A stretch of DNA of 64,000 nt from Geosiphon pyriformis uo1 (lineage: Eukaryota > Fungi > Glomeromycota). Positions 24,538-39,100 of this stretch are shown here, one piece after another (positions within the stretch are counted from its first letter, which is position 1; each line of letters begins with the position of its first letter). A model generated the notes under the pieces. The model was not told where the DNA came from. It did not search any database and was given only the letters and a program-made list of their open reading frames with translations. Where the stretch lies: contig JAAOMT010000512.1 of the NCBI GenBank assembly GCA_016748015.1, positions 964,719 through 1,028,718 on the forward strand, given 5' to 3'. A program made the position numbers and the translations under genes.

Positions 24538-26246
24538 TTCTTGATCCTATTTCTTAAATATGCTGTAAAAGAATATTTTTAAAGCATTTTAGAAATTTTA
24601 TACGTATTAACCCCTGAGAAAAATTTTGATTTTTCAAATGGAATATTTTTCACCAAAATTAAATTCACATTATTTTTCATAATATTTTTCAACATAAAGT
24701 TTTCTATTCGAAAAAGATTATTTCAAAACCGATTGATTAACTTTCTTATTGAGATATTAAATTTGAATTTACTTGAAAATGATTAATTATTTTGAGTTTT
24801 TATTTTCACTGAAAATCCCATACATTGATTTAGCATGATACTCATTCGCGATCCAATATTTTCTAATTTTTCTCTTACCCCTCTTATTTTATTAAAATAA
24901 AAGAAACAAAAAATAGAATTATTGACAAAAATGAGGTTTGGGATCTCTTAATTTTGCAAATGTATTTTAAGTAACCTTTTTCGAGACTTTTTGATTTCCT
25001 TTTTTTCTTTTTGATTATCGAATCAAAAGCACCATAATTTTTCCAGACACTTTTTTTGGCAACTGAAATGATATATTTTAAGTTTCTGTAATATGATATT
25101 CATTTTCCATTCAAATTAAAAAATTTAAATATCTTAATCTCAAAAAATCTAAGTTTTATTGGCTAATTTATCATAGATTGTATTTTTCTTAAGAAAATTC
25201 AAGTGTAGAATTTATCTTTTCAACTAATTTTAACTACATAGGGTACTAATAAAAAGGATATAAGAAATTTTTATACTTGGTATTTTTTTAATTTTTTAAT
25301 TTTTTTTTACAATTTTTTATCAAATTAAATAAATTTAGCAAATAATGATTTGTTTGTTTTTCTAATGTAAATATATTTAAAAAATAAATCAAATTATTTT
25401 AAATTATTTAAATAGAATTCATCAATCTTATAATCTTGTTTAAAAAGAAATAAAACATTTTACAAAAAATGCAATTATTATTGAAATTTATAGTTATTAA
25501 AAGTTTTAAATAAGGTTCAAATAAATTGTATTTTTAACTCATATCCTAAGGTTTCTAATTGAGAAATTGGTATGAACTTTCACCGAAAGGTTAATGAGAA
25601 AATTCATAAATATCCAAGGTATTTATAACAGATCGTCCCAAGTTGATGGTTAGTTAATACTCGTTTATTCATTATTTAATAGAAATTAAATTAAATTAAA
25701 TTAAATTAAATCATAAATATTTAATAAAAAATTTCAAAATAATAGAATTGAGAATCATTTTTATTTTTATTTAAAATCTAGTGAAAATTATAATCATTAC
25801 TAATTTTGATGAATTTTTAAAAATACTAAAAATAATATAGTTTTAAATATTAGACTAAATAATTCAAATAATAAACATAATTTAATAGATTGATTTTATA
25901 AAATTAATTTATTAAAAACTGTATTATCAACTTAAATTTAAAGTATTTTAACCCATAAATTTTATCTTATTATAGAGTTTGAAATAGCTAATATTCACAA
26001 TCAATCTATTTAAACTTGATTAAGTATAATAAAGAATATTAAGAAATTGCATAAGATTATTCTAAATTTGATTTAACTTCTGAACTTAAGGCAAATAAAT
26101 TAATTATTCTAATATAGTATAATAAATTTTTATTAATCAAAGAATTCAATTAAAATTTTTAAATTAAAAGAATTAACCATTTGAAAAATCAATCATTTAT
26201 GCAGTTAAAAGACGACTTGTATAAACTGCACCTGATTTTATTATAA

Positions 26247-26642
26247 TTAATGAGGTTTTGTTTTGTTGTGTTGTTTTTTTTTTTTTTTTTTGTTTTGTTT
26301 TGTTGTGTTGTGTTGTTGTGTTGGGTTGTTTTGTTTTGTTGTGTTGTGTTGTGTTGTGTTGTTGCCTTTTGCACTTTCTTTTATGTACTTTTCTGATCCT
26401 AAAAGCTCTAAACTATTATCATCAAGTTCTCCTAAATTCTCGTAAGCTTCCCAAGCATTATGACTATTCTCAGGATTAGCATCATAACACTTTTTAATTT
26501 CGTCAACTACTTTATTGCGGCTTGAAAAATCCCAGTAAAGTTTTTCAAAAAATATGAAATTGACATACCTTACATAATTTCCCTCTCCCTCTCGAATAAT
26601 ATATAGTGCTCTTTTGACACCATTGACATAGGTTGCAATCAT
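26247..26642 (-). CDS. Hypothetical ORF or gene fragment running into a microsatellite
   Basis: About 93 codons of protein-like composition in otherwise very AT-rich DNA, followed by a translated (ACAAC/ACAAA)n repeat. No recognisable domain. Confidence 0.3.
   Translation of the reverse strand: MIATYVNGVKRALYIIREGEGNYVRYVNFIFFEKLYWDFSSRNKVVDEIKKCYDANPENSHNAWEAYENLGELDDNSLELLGSEKYIKESAKGNNTTQHNTTKQNNPTQQHNTTKQNKKKKKKQHNKTKPH
26255..26363. repeat. Compound (TTGTG/TTTTG)n microsatellite with poly-T
   Basis: Direct reading. Confidence 0.9.
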
Positions 26643-29169
26643 GATGTTTTGGAAGAGTTATTTTAATTTCAAAGTTGTTTATGGTTTGTGTGGATAAGAG
26701 ATAAAGATAACTGAATAGGTATTATGAAAATAATAATTGGGTTAAATTTGCTAAATTTATTAATATCTTTCTTTTAAACTTTGTAGTTTGAAAAGAGGTA
26801 ATCTTTTTAAAAGCTTTTATCTGTAATAAAGTAATAGTTGAAATACTTCATTCTGAAACTAGATCAATTAAAGTGTTTCACTAAAAGTATAACAACAGAT
26901 GATTTATTCATTTAAATATACAGTACCCAAAAAAGTAATACGCGATTCAAAATTGGACACAAAAATTCTGATTTATTTTATTTTTAAAAATTGTACAACA
27001 AATAAAAAATCATATCTAATTAATACTTTGTCAGTTTAAGTTCGATCACAGTCTTTAGAAAGAAATTATTGTTGAATATTTCTTCCAAATGTTCTTAATT
27101 GAATTCTTAATTTTATTTTCCGTTGATCATTTTTCGATTTTTAAGATTTCAAAATACATGTATTTATTTTTTTCGCCATTTTTTTATATTCATCACAAAA
27201 TACTGATGCTAAATTGTTGACAATTTTGTAGACTGGTGTATGTAATTTTTCTTTGGCTTTACATGCGTATATGTATGCCAGAACTTTCTTTTTTTTTTAA
27301 TTTCGTTTAGCTATGTCCGAGTGAACGTTAATTTTTTTAAGTAACGATATTAAAATGTTGACGAGTTGTAAAAAGTAACTTAATTTTTTAAAAATGGAAA
27401 TCGGGCATTACTTATTGGAGTATAATCTATTATTAGCATTTTTAGGCTATTGCTCCTTAAATTAATCAAACTCAATATCTGAATTTTATTTTTATCATTC
27501 CAAAAAAATTACCCTTTTGTCCACTTTGCATTCTGCAAGGAAATTTTTAATCAAATTAAGTTAATGATCAAGTTTCCTTCCAATATATTAGTAGTAACAC
27601 TATAACATTAGTAAAATAACCCTTTTGAAAATTTTATTTTTCCATTGCTTTTATCCATAACAATAGAAAATTTTTAAGGTGTTTTCACTTTTTACATTCA
27701 AACGCTCCAAACCTAATTACAATATTATTCTCCAAAGATATTATACAGTGAATAATCAATTAGATTCCAGAAGACTAATAAAAACGTCATAATTAGTTAT
27801 AATGAATTCATTGAAAATGTTATAAGGTTGAACAATTATTCCCAGTTACATTTACTACATATTTCTATTAAATTTTTATTCAAAGAATACAGTTTAAAGC
27901 AAGAGAAAAATAAAAAAATAAAATTTTTATAAATCTTAACTGAATGATTGATAAAAAGCTAATTCAGGAATTTCAAAATAATAAACTGTATTAATTATTT
28001 ATAAAATATCAAATTAAGGAAACTAGTCTTTTAAAACACAATTTTAATTTATTTAATTTTTTTGTAAAATTAATAAAATTTAATTTTATTAAAAAAATTT
28101 TTGTTTAAATATTTCATTTTTTATATAAATTATATATTAATTTATCAATTCATTAAAAATACCAGATATTTCTTTTGAAATGAATAATTTTTTTAAATCT
28201 CTTTAATTCCTTTTATTCAACTATATTATTATTATTATTATTATTATTTCAAAGCATATAAACTTCAATTTTAAAATTTTAGATTCACTTTAAATTTTTA
28301 TTAAATTCTATAAAATCCTGGCCTTTTAATAACTTAAAAATTTATGCTATTTACCTTTATGAGGTATGAAACCAAAAAAATACTTAAAGTCTGTGTAATC
28401 TATTTGTTCATAATATTCTTAATATAATTTTCTTATTTTTATTTAGAAATACATTTCATTTGCCATATTTCCAAGAGTGAATTAATTCAATTCTCTGTAT
28501 TAAATTTTCTAAATATTTTTTAATACGAAAGATAAAAACATGATTATTTCAAGAAAAATTCTTTAAAAATATGATTTTCTATTCATGAAACAAATCAAAA
28601 TTTTGACCCAAACCTAAAAATTGCTTTTCCCTGATATTTTCTAGGTTATTACTGAATCTTCATTTGTAGCTGTTGCATAGCACATTCAAATTTAGATTTC
28701 ACATTTAAATTTTTAAATTATTAGTTGTTATCCATAAAATAAAATTTCTAGTTGAGATACAAGAAATCTTAAACTTATTACCTGGGCTTATAGATCAATT
28801 CTTAATTTTTATTTTGATCAAACAAAAAAACCTTTTTAAAATTTATCAAGAAATCCAATAATTTTGTCTCAAATCCAGTCATTTCTCATAAATTTATTTT
28901 TTTAAATGGGCATAAAAAATGCAAGCAAAATTCGCATGCGACTGATAGGTGCGTCGATACAACTCATAGTTCAAAAACTCGAGTTGATCACAACGCTCTT
29001 AATGTAGATCTACCTTGCCTTAAAATAGTTATATACAATGGAACATAAATCATTTCTGTTGTGTTGCTATTATAACAAAAATTGATATTGTACATAGGAA
29101 CAATAAATAGTTAATATAAGGTATTAATTTTCGAAAACTAATACAAGGATATGATAAAAAACTAGGAAT

Positions 29170-30174
29170 TTAAAGTTGCAAATATTGCAAAAAATATTGA
29201 CGTTCGGCCATCAACTCAGCTACTAGTTTTTCAAGATTAATCACGCGTTCTTCGAGATTAATAGTTGGTGAAGAAGAAGAAGAAGAAGAAGAAGAAGAAG
29301 AAGAAGAAGAAGGGGAGGTAGCTGTGGTAACGATAGGGGATTCGGTTAAAGGTGATGGGTGAGGAAAAATTGTAGTTTCGTTCGAAAATGTCGGGGATGA
29401 ACTGTTCGACGAGTTTTGACTCGCATGTTGTGAAAGATAATCGAGTTGATATATAGATGCCGATTGATAAGAATTAGAGAATGGATTTCGATTATAATAG
29501 TCATTAGAATGAATTGAGGCCCCCGTCTCAATATCATTACCAAAAGTCGATTTTAATCCAGCCCCAGTGTTGGATGGTGAATGTTGAACTGTGATTGACA
29601 TGTAATCATGAGGTGGAGTATTTAATCGATTTGGTGATGTTTTTCTACTGGTTGGAAGATAATAATAATCATAATACGTGGACATTTTATTAATATCTGG
29701 GACGACATTCGTTGCTAAATCAGAAGAATTCCAGTCTTCATCACAATTAGATACAACGTCATCAGGTGAAAGACCCAATCCATTATTAAGATTTGGAAAT
29801 TGGTTTTGCGGTGGTTGAACATGAACAATTTGCAAAGGAACGGCAGCACTCGAAACTTTTTGAAATAACGCTCTTGCTTCAAGCATCAATCGATGATATC
29901 TTGCTTTTACGTATTCAGGTTCTTGAAGCCAAGTATTTCCAGCTGCAGTGGAAAGTTCACGCATGTTTGGAAACATGTTAATTGCAGCAAATTCTTTTTG
30001 CAAAGCCATTCGATAAGCGAGAAATGCATTTGGTGTTTTCGTCAATTGACCCGTTTTTCGTAGTTTTTCAACGGCATTTGCCATTAATTCTTGAGGAGTT
30101 AGATTGGGTGGAAAATGAGGTTTAATCAATGGGAATGTACGTTGACAGGTAGGCTTAGGATTGCGTTTCAACAT
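29170..30174 (-). CDS. MATA-type HMG-box transcription factor, intronless, 334 aa
   Basis: FPPNLTPQEL...KTPNAFLAYRMALQKE...MRELSTAAGNTWLQEPEYVKARY is typical of the expanded Glomeromycotina MATA_HMG family. It is followed by a Ser/Pro-rich tail, poly-Ser, and a C-terminal coiled coil (LEERVINLEKLV). Confidence 0.9.
   Translation of the reverse strand: MLKRNPKPTCQRTFPLIKPHFPPNLTPQELMANAVEKLRKTGQLTKTPNAFLAYRMALQKEFAAINMFPNMRELSTAAGNTWLQEPEYVKARYHRLMLEARALFQKVSSAAVPLQIVHVQPPQNQFPNLNNGLGLSPDDVVSNCDEDWNSSDLATNVVPDINKMSTYYDYYYLPTSRKTSPNRLNTPPHDYMSITVQHSPSNTGAGLKSTFGNDIETGASIHSNDYYNRNPFSNSYQSASIYQLDYLSQHASQNSSNSSSPTFSNETTIFPHPSPLTESPIVTTATSPSSSSSSSSSSSSSSPTINLEERVINLEKLVAELMAERQYFLQYLQL
29269..29311. 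repeat. (GAA)n repeat encoding poly-Ser in the HMG gene
   Basis: Direct reading. Confidence 0.9.
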
Positions 30175-30218
30175 TTTGGCGTGCCTTTTTGGTTATTGAG
30201 TTGTTTGATTTTTGGGAT

Positions 30219-30267
30219 TATGATGATGATGATAATGATGATGATGATGATGATTATTATTATTATT
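30219..30267. repeat. (GAT)n/(TAT)n microsatellite in the 5' leader of the HMG gene
   Basis: Direct reading. An in-frame TAA upstream of the ATG argues against it being coding. Confidence 0.8.
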
Positions 30268-32292
30268 TATTATAATTACTTAAGATAGCGTCAAAAATGA
30301 AATTAAATTATTTTTGGGGGAGAAATAAAAATGGAATTACTTTAATGGTTGAAAATTTTATGTATCATTAAAAAAAAGAAGGTTTAAATGATAAAAAAGC
30401 CAGTAGCTAGCACCACATATACGAAGCTCTGACTTTGTCGCCAATGGCGAAGAGCGCTGTTAAGCTATTGGCGAGAAATAACTTTAACACGTGATATCAA
30501 AGTTGAAGAGTAAGAATTTTTGACAACAAAAAATTCTAAGGGTAGAGGCTTCCTACATTTTATAGATTACAAAGATTTTTGGGACTCTGACAGAAACTCG
30601 AGTTTTCGAAGTGGGACCAAGTTCACAAAAGTGATAGCGCAAATCCGATCTCGCGTGTGCATGAAAATTTATATTAACGGGAAAACATGTGATCGGATGA
30701 AGGTTTTTGATGAAATATGTGATTTCATAGGTTCATTTATGATGTAAATACGAAATGATTGAATACATTCTTTTTTTTATTTTTATTTTTTCAGTCAATC
30801 AGTCATTTATTTAAAGGGCTGTCTCAATTGAATCAAAGACCAAAAAATTTTTCATATATATTTAGTCGTGTCAACTTTTGTTCTCCGAAACTTTTGTCGA
30901 CCCTGAATTCAATAATTATTTTTTGCAATAGAACTATCCGAATGCAGTGAATTTTCGGAAAATCAGGGAAGATACGATGATAAAAGAATTTACCCCGCGA
31001 TTTCCTTATCTGCTATAACAAACAAACAGAGAAATGTTTAACCAACACATTTGGGCAAGATTATCATTGGACCTCATAATTTCAGAATGCATTTAATAGC
31101 TACAAGCATCAAATTTGCAGCTAACAATATCCCGATCTTTTGTTGCTCTATCTTGTCCTGGAGTTAGGTTATTATTATTTTTTTTTACAAATTTTACTAC
31201 TACCAATCTTGTCTTGAAATGTTAGTCAAACAAACTCAACTACTACTTTTAATCGTAAAAACCTGTTTTTCTTACTTAAGCTCATTTTAGAAAAGAAAAT
31301 ATTTTTCTCAGAGGATCATGAGCTACAACAATGGACACTTGAAACAGTAAGGGACCTTTTTTTGTTTATTCAAAAACATGGTAATAAACCTTATCAGTAA
31401 AGAAGTCAACCTTAATTTGAATATAATCTTTCAAAGAGAATTTTTTAATTTTTTTTAATTTTTTAAAAACATAATTTATGAGAAAGGGACCCAAAATTCA
31501 TGGTTCCCAAATGTTTATCGAGTTTAAAATCAAGTAAATTTTTCCTTGTGACTTCAAATTTCAAAGGCTCGAGTTCTTGCATAATATTCATGTGCTTTTT
31601 TAAAAATTAATAATTATTTTACCAGGTAAACCGTAAACAATTAGATTATTGGACAAATAAACAATTTTAAGGTTTTTAAACATGACTTAAGAAATCCATA
31701 TATAGGCTCATTGTAAAGAGTACATTAATTGACATAGAATTAGAACTTATTCTTAACATAAAAAATTTCTGAAATAGATTGATTGTTTACAAAGAATGTA
31801 ATGTTTTTTATTCTGAAACAAATTTTTGAAATCCATGTTCAAAGAAAAAATTTATGAAACCTTTTTTTAAGTGTTGACACGAATTAATATTTTAAAAAAT
31901 ACCCGAGAGCTATGAAATATGTGTATATTTAATTTTATTATAAATCTTTATTAGGGTAAATCAATATTCCTCAAGGTTAAAATTCGGCGTTCAAATGAAA
32001 AATTTAAAATAGGATATTAAAAAAAAATTTTTTTTTTATGTTTTTGGTGGAATAAAAAGTTTTTACGGTTAAAGATAAAGTGGATAAAAAGGAATTTTTG
32101 AAATTCAGGAAGAAACCTCTTTTGACGGGAGATGCAAAAGTGGAACCAATAGGATTTGCAAGTAATACATAAGTTTCACCATCGGTCTTTTTTAAATAAA
32201 AATTGGGAATTTGTGCATGTGTCTGTGCACTGTGATCATCTGTCTTATTTTTCCTATTTTAGCTCGGAACTTTGAATAATTGAAATGCAAGA

Positions 32293-32368
32293 TGACATAT
32301 GACATAAAACATATAACATATGACATATAACATATAACATATATTACATATAACATATGACATATAGA
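32293..32368. repeat. Degenerate heptamer (ACATATR)n tandem repeat
   Basis: gacatat gacataa aacatat aacatat gacatat aacatat... Confidence 0.8.
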
Positions 32369-33047
32369 CAAAATCAAAAAGTAAAAATTTTGATTTTTTT
32401 ATTTTTTATCAACCTTTGATCGATACTTATCATATATCTGATAAAAAGAAAAAGAAAAAATAAATACTTAAATTTCAATGATAAAATCTTTCATGGTAAA
32501 TATTGGTTTTGATTAATTAAATATTCTTTTGATTACATCGTTTTTATTTAATCAAGATAAAGCACAAGACTAATAAATGATTCTCAAAGTGTTTGAACGT
32601 TCCTGTGAAACCTGTCCATAATGCAGGATGCATAAAAGATAACTATTCTCGAGAATTAAAGTTTCTGAATAACTTTGGATTCCCCGGTCGAGAGTGAGGT
32701 TACTACTTCATCTAATTCACGGCATCCCGGTGTCCCATCATGTATTAGATAAAAATTTTCCCATTTCAAGGAGATCGACTGTCACCTGCTAAGTGAATCT
32801 GTCGCAAAAAATTAACAGTCAACATCCTTAGAACCAATTGGATATGTTAGTTTTGTTTAATGAGTACTGTTTTTCGAATAAGAATATTAGGGTAAATAGA
32901 GCATAATTAAATATTGATTCTTTTTAATTCTAAATGAATTAATATTCAATCCCCAAAATATTTGTAAAATTAATTATTCAATTTGAAAATTTTTATACAT
33001 ACTGAATAATTAGTTTTTTTTTTTTTTTTTTTTTTTTTTATTTAGAG

Positions 33048-33143
33048 NNNNNNNNNNNNNNNNNNNNNNNNNNNNNNNNNNNNNNNNNNNNNNNNNNNNN
33101 NNNNNNNNNNNNNNNNNNNNNNNNNNNNNNNNNNNNNNNNNNN
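33048..33143. other. Assembly gap (96 N) flanked by poly-T tracts
   Basis: Run of N. Confidence 1.
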
Positions 33144-36100
33144 TTTTTTTTTTTTTTTTTTTTTTTTTGTGAAATTAAGAGACGAATAGATAAAAAACAA
33201 ATAGGTAGGCAGAAAATACATTACTCTTTGTTTGTTACGTTTAATATCACGTTTCATTGTTCAAGATATTTATGAATAAACTTAGTTTATAACATTTAGT
33301 ATTATACACTTCTTATGGTGATAGGGATTATGTCGTGTGACTGTTTTTCTTTTCGAGTTTTATTATTAACAGTTAACGTGAGATTGTAGCAACCAAAGAA
33401 GATTGTGATTTTTAGTTAATAAACGACTAGTCACATCCCCAATAGACAAATTCCCGAAGTTATTAATCAACCCTAATATTCAAAAATTTTACTAATGAAT
33501 CTGCTAGAATTCACGACCAGCACCTAATCAGATTTACATAAATATCCCAGTTCTCGACGTGTAAATTATCAATTTTTAGAAAAATTTTTTTCAATAAATC
33601 TGAATTCTTTTACCTCTAATAAAATTTATTCATAAACCTTCTGAAGATTTTAACATAAAGAAAATTAACAATCTTTTTTTAAAGAAACAGTCTAATTAAA
33701 AATAAAATAATCATTCTTTACTCTTTTAAAATTTGACTTTTCTCAACATCATTCTTTCAGCACTATTCATTTATTGATTTACATGTATTACCATAAGTAA
33801 TATTTACGTCATGATTTCTATTAATGTTAAAAATCATTTATTCTGTATATCAAAGAGATATTCAAATTATGACTAATTAAAAAAATTCAATCTGATAAAT
33901 TATACTGATTTTTCTAAATCATGAATTAAAAAAATATTTTAGAAACTTGTAGATTTTTTATGAATAATAATCAAAGTTAATATTTTTTAAAGGTTGCAAA
34001 CCTTCATCTCAAATTGATAAATTTTTACAGTAAAATTTAATAATTATAATTTAAAATATATATATTTTGAATATATTTTTATTTTGTAAAATCTTTAATA
34101 TTAATTAAATTTATTTTTTCTTTCAATGTTTCAAAATTTCAAAATACTTTGAACTAAAATAAATTTATTTTAATAGAATTTTTATAAACAAGTAAATATA
34201 AATAATTGTCAAAAGTCATTAAATGATTGAAAATTTATAATAACAAATTAATTTGACTAATTAAATATGCACATTTTGTATTGAAGGCTAACTTCTTTTA
34301 AGTTTTTTTTTTAGATAATTAAGGTTTGAATCAAATCCTTTATCTTTTTCAAATTTTTTATTATCTTTTACTATAATAACAATGGTTTTTATTATTTTTG
34401 ATGCTTTTAGAAATTTCGAACTTTATATAATAATAAGTAATTTGATAAGTCAGTAAATATTCACGATAAAAGAATTTACCCAATTTATTACCAAATAATT
34501 CAATTATTTCAAAGATTACACTGTTAAAGGTTTAAAAAAATAATACACTAACAAACTCACTTGGATTACTGCTTGATTAACAAAAAAAAAAAAAAGGATT
34601 ATTAGAAAGAAAGATTAATTATTTGATTAGTTATTCCTTTTATTAAAAATGTGCTCAAACCTTATCTAATAACGGAAGTAACAGCTAATCAATAAATATC
34701 AGTCGTTTAAATACATTTACAATGGTGGTTTAATAAATTACGACTTTGTAATTGGTTGATTTTACAAATTTTTTAAATTTTTTAATATTAATATTTAAAC
34801 TTTGCTTTGTATTAACTTAATTTAAATTTTTTTTTATTGTTTTTTCTAATGAATAACAAAATTTTGAACAAGATTTAAATATAATGAAATCAGTTTCAAT
34901 TTAAATTTTAAATTATTAAAGACTTTAATATAAAGATAATATTAAAATATGACAAAACCAAAATTATATTGGTTAAAATTTTTAAAAATGTCATTTTAAC
35001 TGTAATATGATTGCCAATAATTGTTTATTATAAATATTTTTTTATTATGTTCATAAAAAATACAATATTTTTTTTTTCGTATTTCAAATATTTGTATTTT
35101 ATTTTCAGAAAAAAATTACGTTTGCAAAAATTTTTTTATTCAATTAAAAATTTAAAATTTTTTAAACTATAAACATTTATTTTAAATCAATTTATGTCCA
35201 AAAATAATATTCATTAAATTAAAATTTTTTAATATAATTTACGGAATGTCTCTCGAATTATACCAAATAATAAAATTATCTTAATTGAACATGACCATCG
35301 ATTTGACAATAGAAATTTTTGATTGAAAATTTGAAATTATCATGTATCTTTAATTTTCAATGCTCTTTTTATTCTTAATGTATTTAATATTGTTTGTTGC
35401 CTATAATAATTATTCAAAATAATTCTAGTTCTTCAAACGTTTAAGTTTTAAAAACATTAAATTTAATTATTTTATAATTAATAAGCAAATAAAATTTTCA
35501 AATTAAAAACTAAAATTATTTTTTTTATAAAATAAAAAATTTCACTAAAAATTTTCACCGAATATTGAAAAAAATTATGATGAAACAATTTAAAAAATTT
35601 TAATACGTTATTTCATATTAAAATTTTGCTTGCAAATTCAAAGACGACCATTATAAACGAGTTAATAATTCGAACTTTTCAAACTATAATCAAGTTTCAA
35701 AGGTCTTTGAAACTAACTATTTGGAAAATATGTTTGTTTAAAAACGAAACTATCAAAGGGATTTCGAGACATGTAGGTTTTAAAAACTTTATTGAAGCTG
35801 AAATATGTTTCAACTCACACAAACTAGTTAAAGGCAACTATATCACATTAAACATATTAGTAAGATCAAAGACAATACACTTCTCAGAACACGACTGCGG
35901 GGTATAAACAAATAACATTGGTAGTGCTACCAGCGCGTATTATAATGGAACTTAAAATCTAGACCGTAATATACTTCCTATTTCAAGCAAGAACGTATCT
36001 TGCCTTGTGCGAAAAATCGCTCAGAACACGACTGCAGGGCATGGTCATATGCACTTATAATAGAGTAAAAAAGGGCACTGACCTCAAAAGTCTTTTTTAA

Positions 36101-36199
36101 GGCAGTTGCCTTGGAATAATGGTACATTTATTAGCAAAACACCAAAACAGATATAAAAAGAGTCATTCTAGTTCCAAAACAGATGTATTTTTAATCAAC

Positions 36200-39100
36200 A
36201 TAGAAAAATATTTCTTTAATTAAAATGTTTAAAATGCTTTTTTTACAATTTATAAATATTAAATGAAAAAACTATTCAGATGTTTTGTTTATCATTGGAA
36301 AACAAATAACAATTGAAAATAAAATTGGAGTATACTCTGTTATTAATTTATAAAAAACTGTTATAAAAAGAAAAAAAATTAGCAACAAGATAAAGAAATA
36401 TATACTTAAATGTATAACTGTCAAAATACTTTTTTTTTCAACATACTTAAAAGAACAATAAACGAAATTTTGCTCATAAACAGAAAATTATTATATTAAA
36501 AACAACTCAAATATTATAGAAAACTTGGTAAAATCATTGAAAATATAAAAATTTTTGAAGAAAATAACTTCCAAAATTCAGACAAAAATCTTAGATATTA
36601 TATGTTTAAATGTTTCAAAAGTTTTGTTTATTGCAAAAAAAGCCAAAATACTTATACAAAGTTTGGTCTCTTGAATTTAAAACTAATATTGTCACATAAT
36701 ATTATCTTTTTCAAAAAAAATTAAGCTTTAGCAAAAAAAATTATCTAAAAAAATTCTGAAGTTTTTATCTTAAAATTAATTAATTTGTTAAAATTTTTAG
36801 TTAACAAGATATATAAAAGCTGATTAAAACTTTTACTTTTAGTTTTATTTAATTAATTAACCATAATTAATCATATATATTAATTACTAATATTATTAAT
36901 TAGCCACTCTATTTTTAGAAATAATTGTTAATATAATTATTGATTTAATTATTAATTTAGTTATTAACCAAATTATTAATGTGATCATTAATCTGATTAT
37001 TGATCTTTTTTTGAATATATATAAATAAGACTTTTTAAAACTGTAAAAAATTATTTACAATTAGATTAAAAATTTATTTAAAGCAAAAATTAATACAATA
37101 ATATTAATTTTTTTATTTTTTTTCACTATTTTTTTTCTTTTTTTAATTTGTATAATTTTTAGTTTTTGTAAAGTATATTGAATAAATATTTATTAAAAAG
37201 TACAACTAATATCTAATATTGAATTTTAAAAATGCTAATATAAAACATAAAATTATATTAATATATTATTTTTTGTTAATAATACAGATTATCTCTCTAT
37301 TTTCAAATTTTTTTGTTACTTTTTGGAAAAAATAGTGGTCAAAATATTTATAAAATTAATCTTATATATTGAATTTTTATTAATTTAATTCATTTATTAA
37401 AGTTAAAATTATTGTTTAATTATTTTTATTATTATATAATACTGTTTTTTTTTTGATTTTTGTTAATTTTTTATATCTAATTGCAATAATATGTTAATTT
37501 TTAATTAATTTTTACTAGTTTTAAACAAAAAAAACATGTTTTTACATATTTTTTTATTTAAATTATTAAATTATCTGATTTTAAATATTAAATTAATTAG
37601 ATAAAAATAAAATTAACTTCTTTTTTTTTGTTTTTTAATATTATTTTTAATAATAATTGGAAAATAACTACTAGTTTTTAAAATTTTGTTAAATAAATAA
37701 TTATTATTTTAATACTTAATGCTTTTTTTAAGATTAAATTAGCTTTTATTAAGACTGTATTTTTTTGATGTTATTTTTTTTGTAATGTATTTTTAAATAT
37801 GTTTTTAATTAATATTAAAATAACTTTTAGTGCTTTTAGTAAAATTTTTAAAATTATATTAAAATTTCCTAATATTTAATAATATACTATTATATATTTT
37901 AAGTTTTTTTTTTAAATATGTTTAAAATTAAATTAATCAATTTTTTTTGGTTATACAGTTTTTGAAATTATTAAGTAAATTTTTTAAGATAATAATTATT
38001 TGTTTTATTTTTTATTTTTTTAATTTTATTAGTAACTATAATATAATATTATATTTTTAGTTTAAAAACAAATTTAAATATTATTGTTACTAAATTAATA
38101 TATTAAATAAATTTTTAGATATTAATATTACTTTTTTTTTTAAGATTTAATAAGTATGGTTTAATCATTATTTAATACAATATAACTATCTAAAATTCTA
38201 AATTAAATATAGTTCACACATTTCTTACATGTAATCAACTACTTAAACCAATTTAAATTATGCTATATTGCTACAATAAAAATAAATTTACTCAAAACCA
38301 ACATTTTTTGAACTATATTAAACAATTAAATACTACAAAAAACCAATCTAACTAGTTATTTAGCAATTTTTAAATGATTATTTTATTACTATTAGCTTAT
38401 ATGTTTAAAAAAACATTAAATTAAAAAACATATTATTATCAATGCTAACTAGAGAGTTTGAATTACCAGACATATTAATATTATTTATGCAGTTTTTTAG
38501 TAAAACCACTTCTTTTCCCAATTTACCAATAACTTTGCTAAAAAAATTCAGATAAATTATAAGTTTATTAATCTTAAAATTAAAAACACTACTTAAAACC
38601 AAATTATCATTGATAAACTGTTTAAACATAATAATTAAGAATCTAATAAGCTTAACAATTCATTCAATCAATGCAAAAAGTTTGGTTAAATTAGATTCTA
38701 AAAAAGACAACCAAAACAGCACCAAAAAATTATCAACAATAGCAAAAAAAAAGACAAAAGTTGTCAAAAATAGAAATTCAGAAAAGTTTAAAAGAACAAA
38801 AGCTTTGATATAAAACATAAAGCTCATAAAATATAGTATAAACATCTTGAGAGTTTTGAAAAAGAAAAATAAAGATACTTTATAATTTATAGTTTAATGA
38901 CCTACTTTTTAACACCTAAAATAATATTAATAACCAGAGATTTTTTATTAAATATAGTACTTTCTTAGCATACCAATTTTATTTACAGCAGTATTCAAAT
39001 CCACTTGAAATCTAAATATAATCAGAGCAAACTGGAAACAATAACCAGAATTAGAAAAGTAAAAAATAAAATATATTTGACTATCAATTTGAAAAATCAT

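Noticed and set aside
26189-26479. Cys/Val-rich and Thr/Gln-rich ORFs
   Set aside because: These are translations of a microsatellite.
29170-30174. Mating-type (sex) locus
   Set aside because: No flanking TPT, RNA helicase or homeodomain genes, and the family is highly expanded in these fungi.
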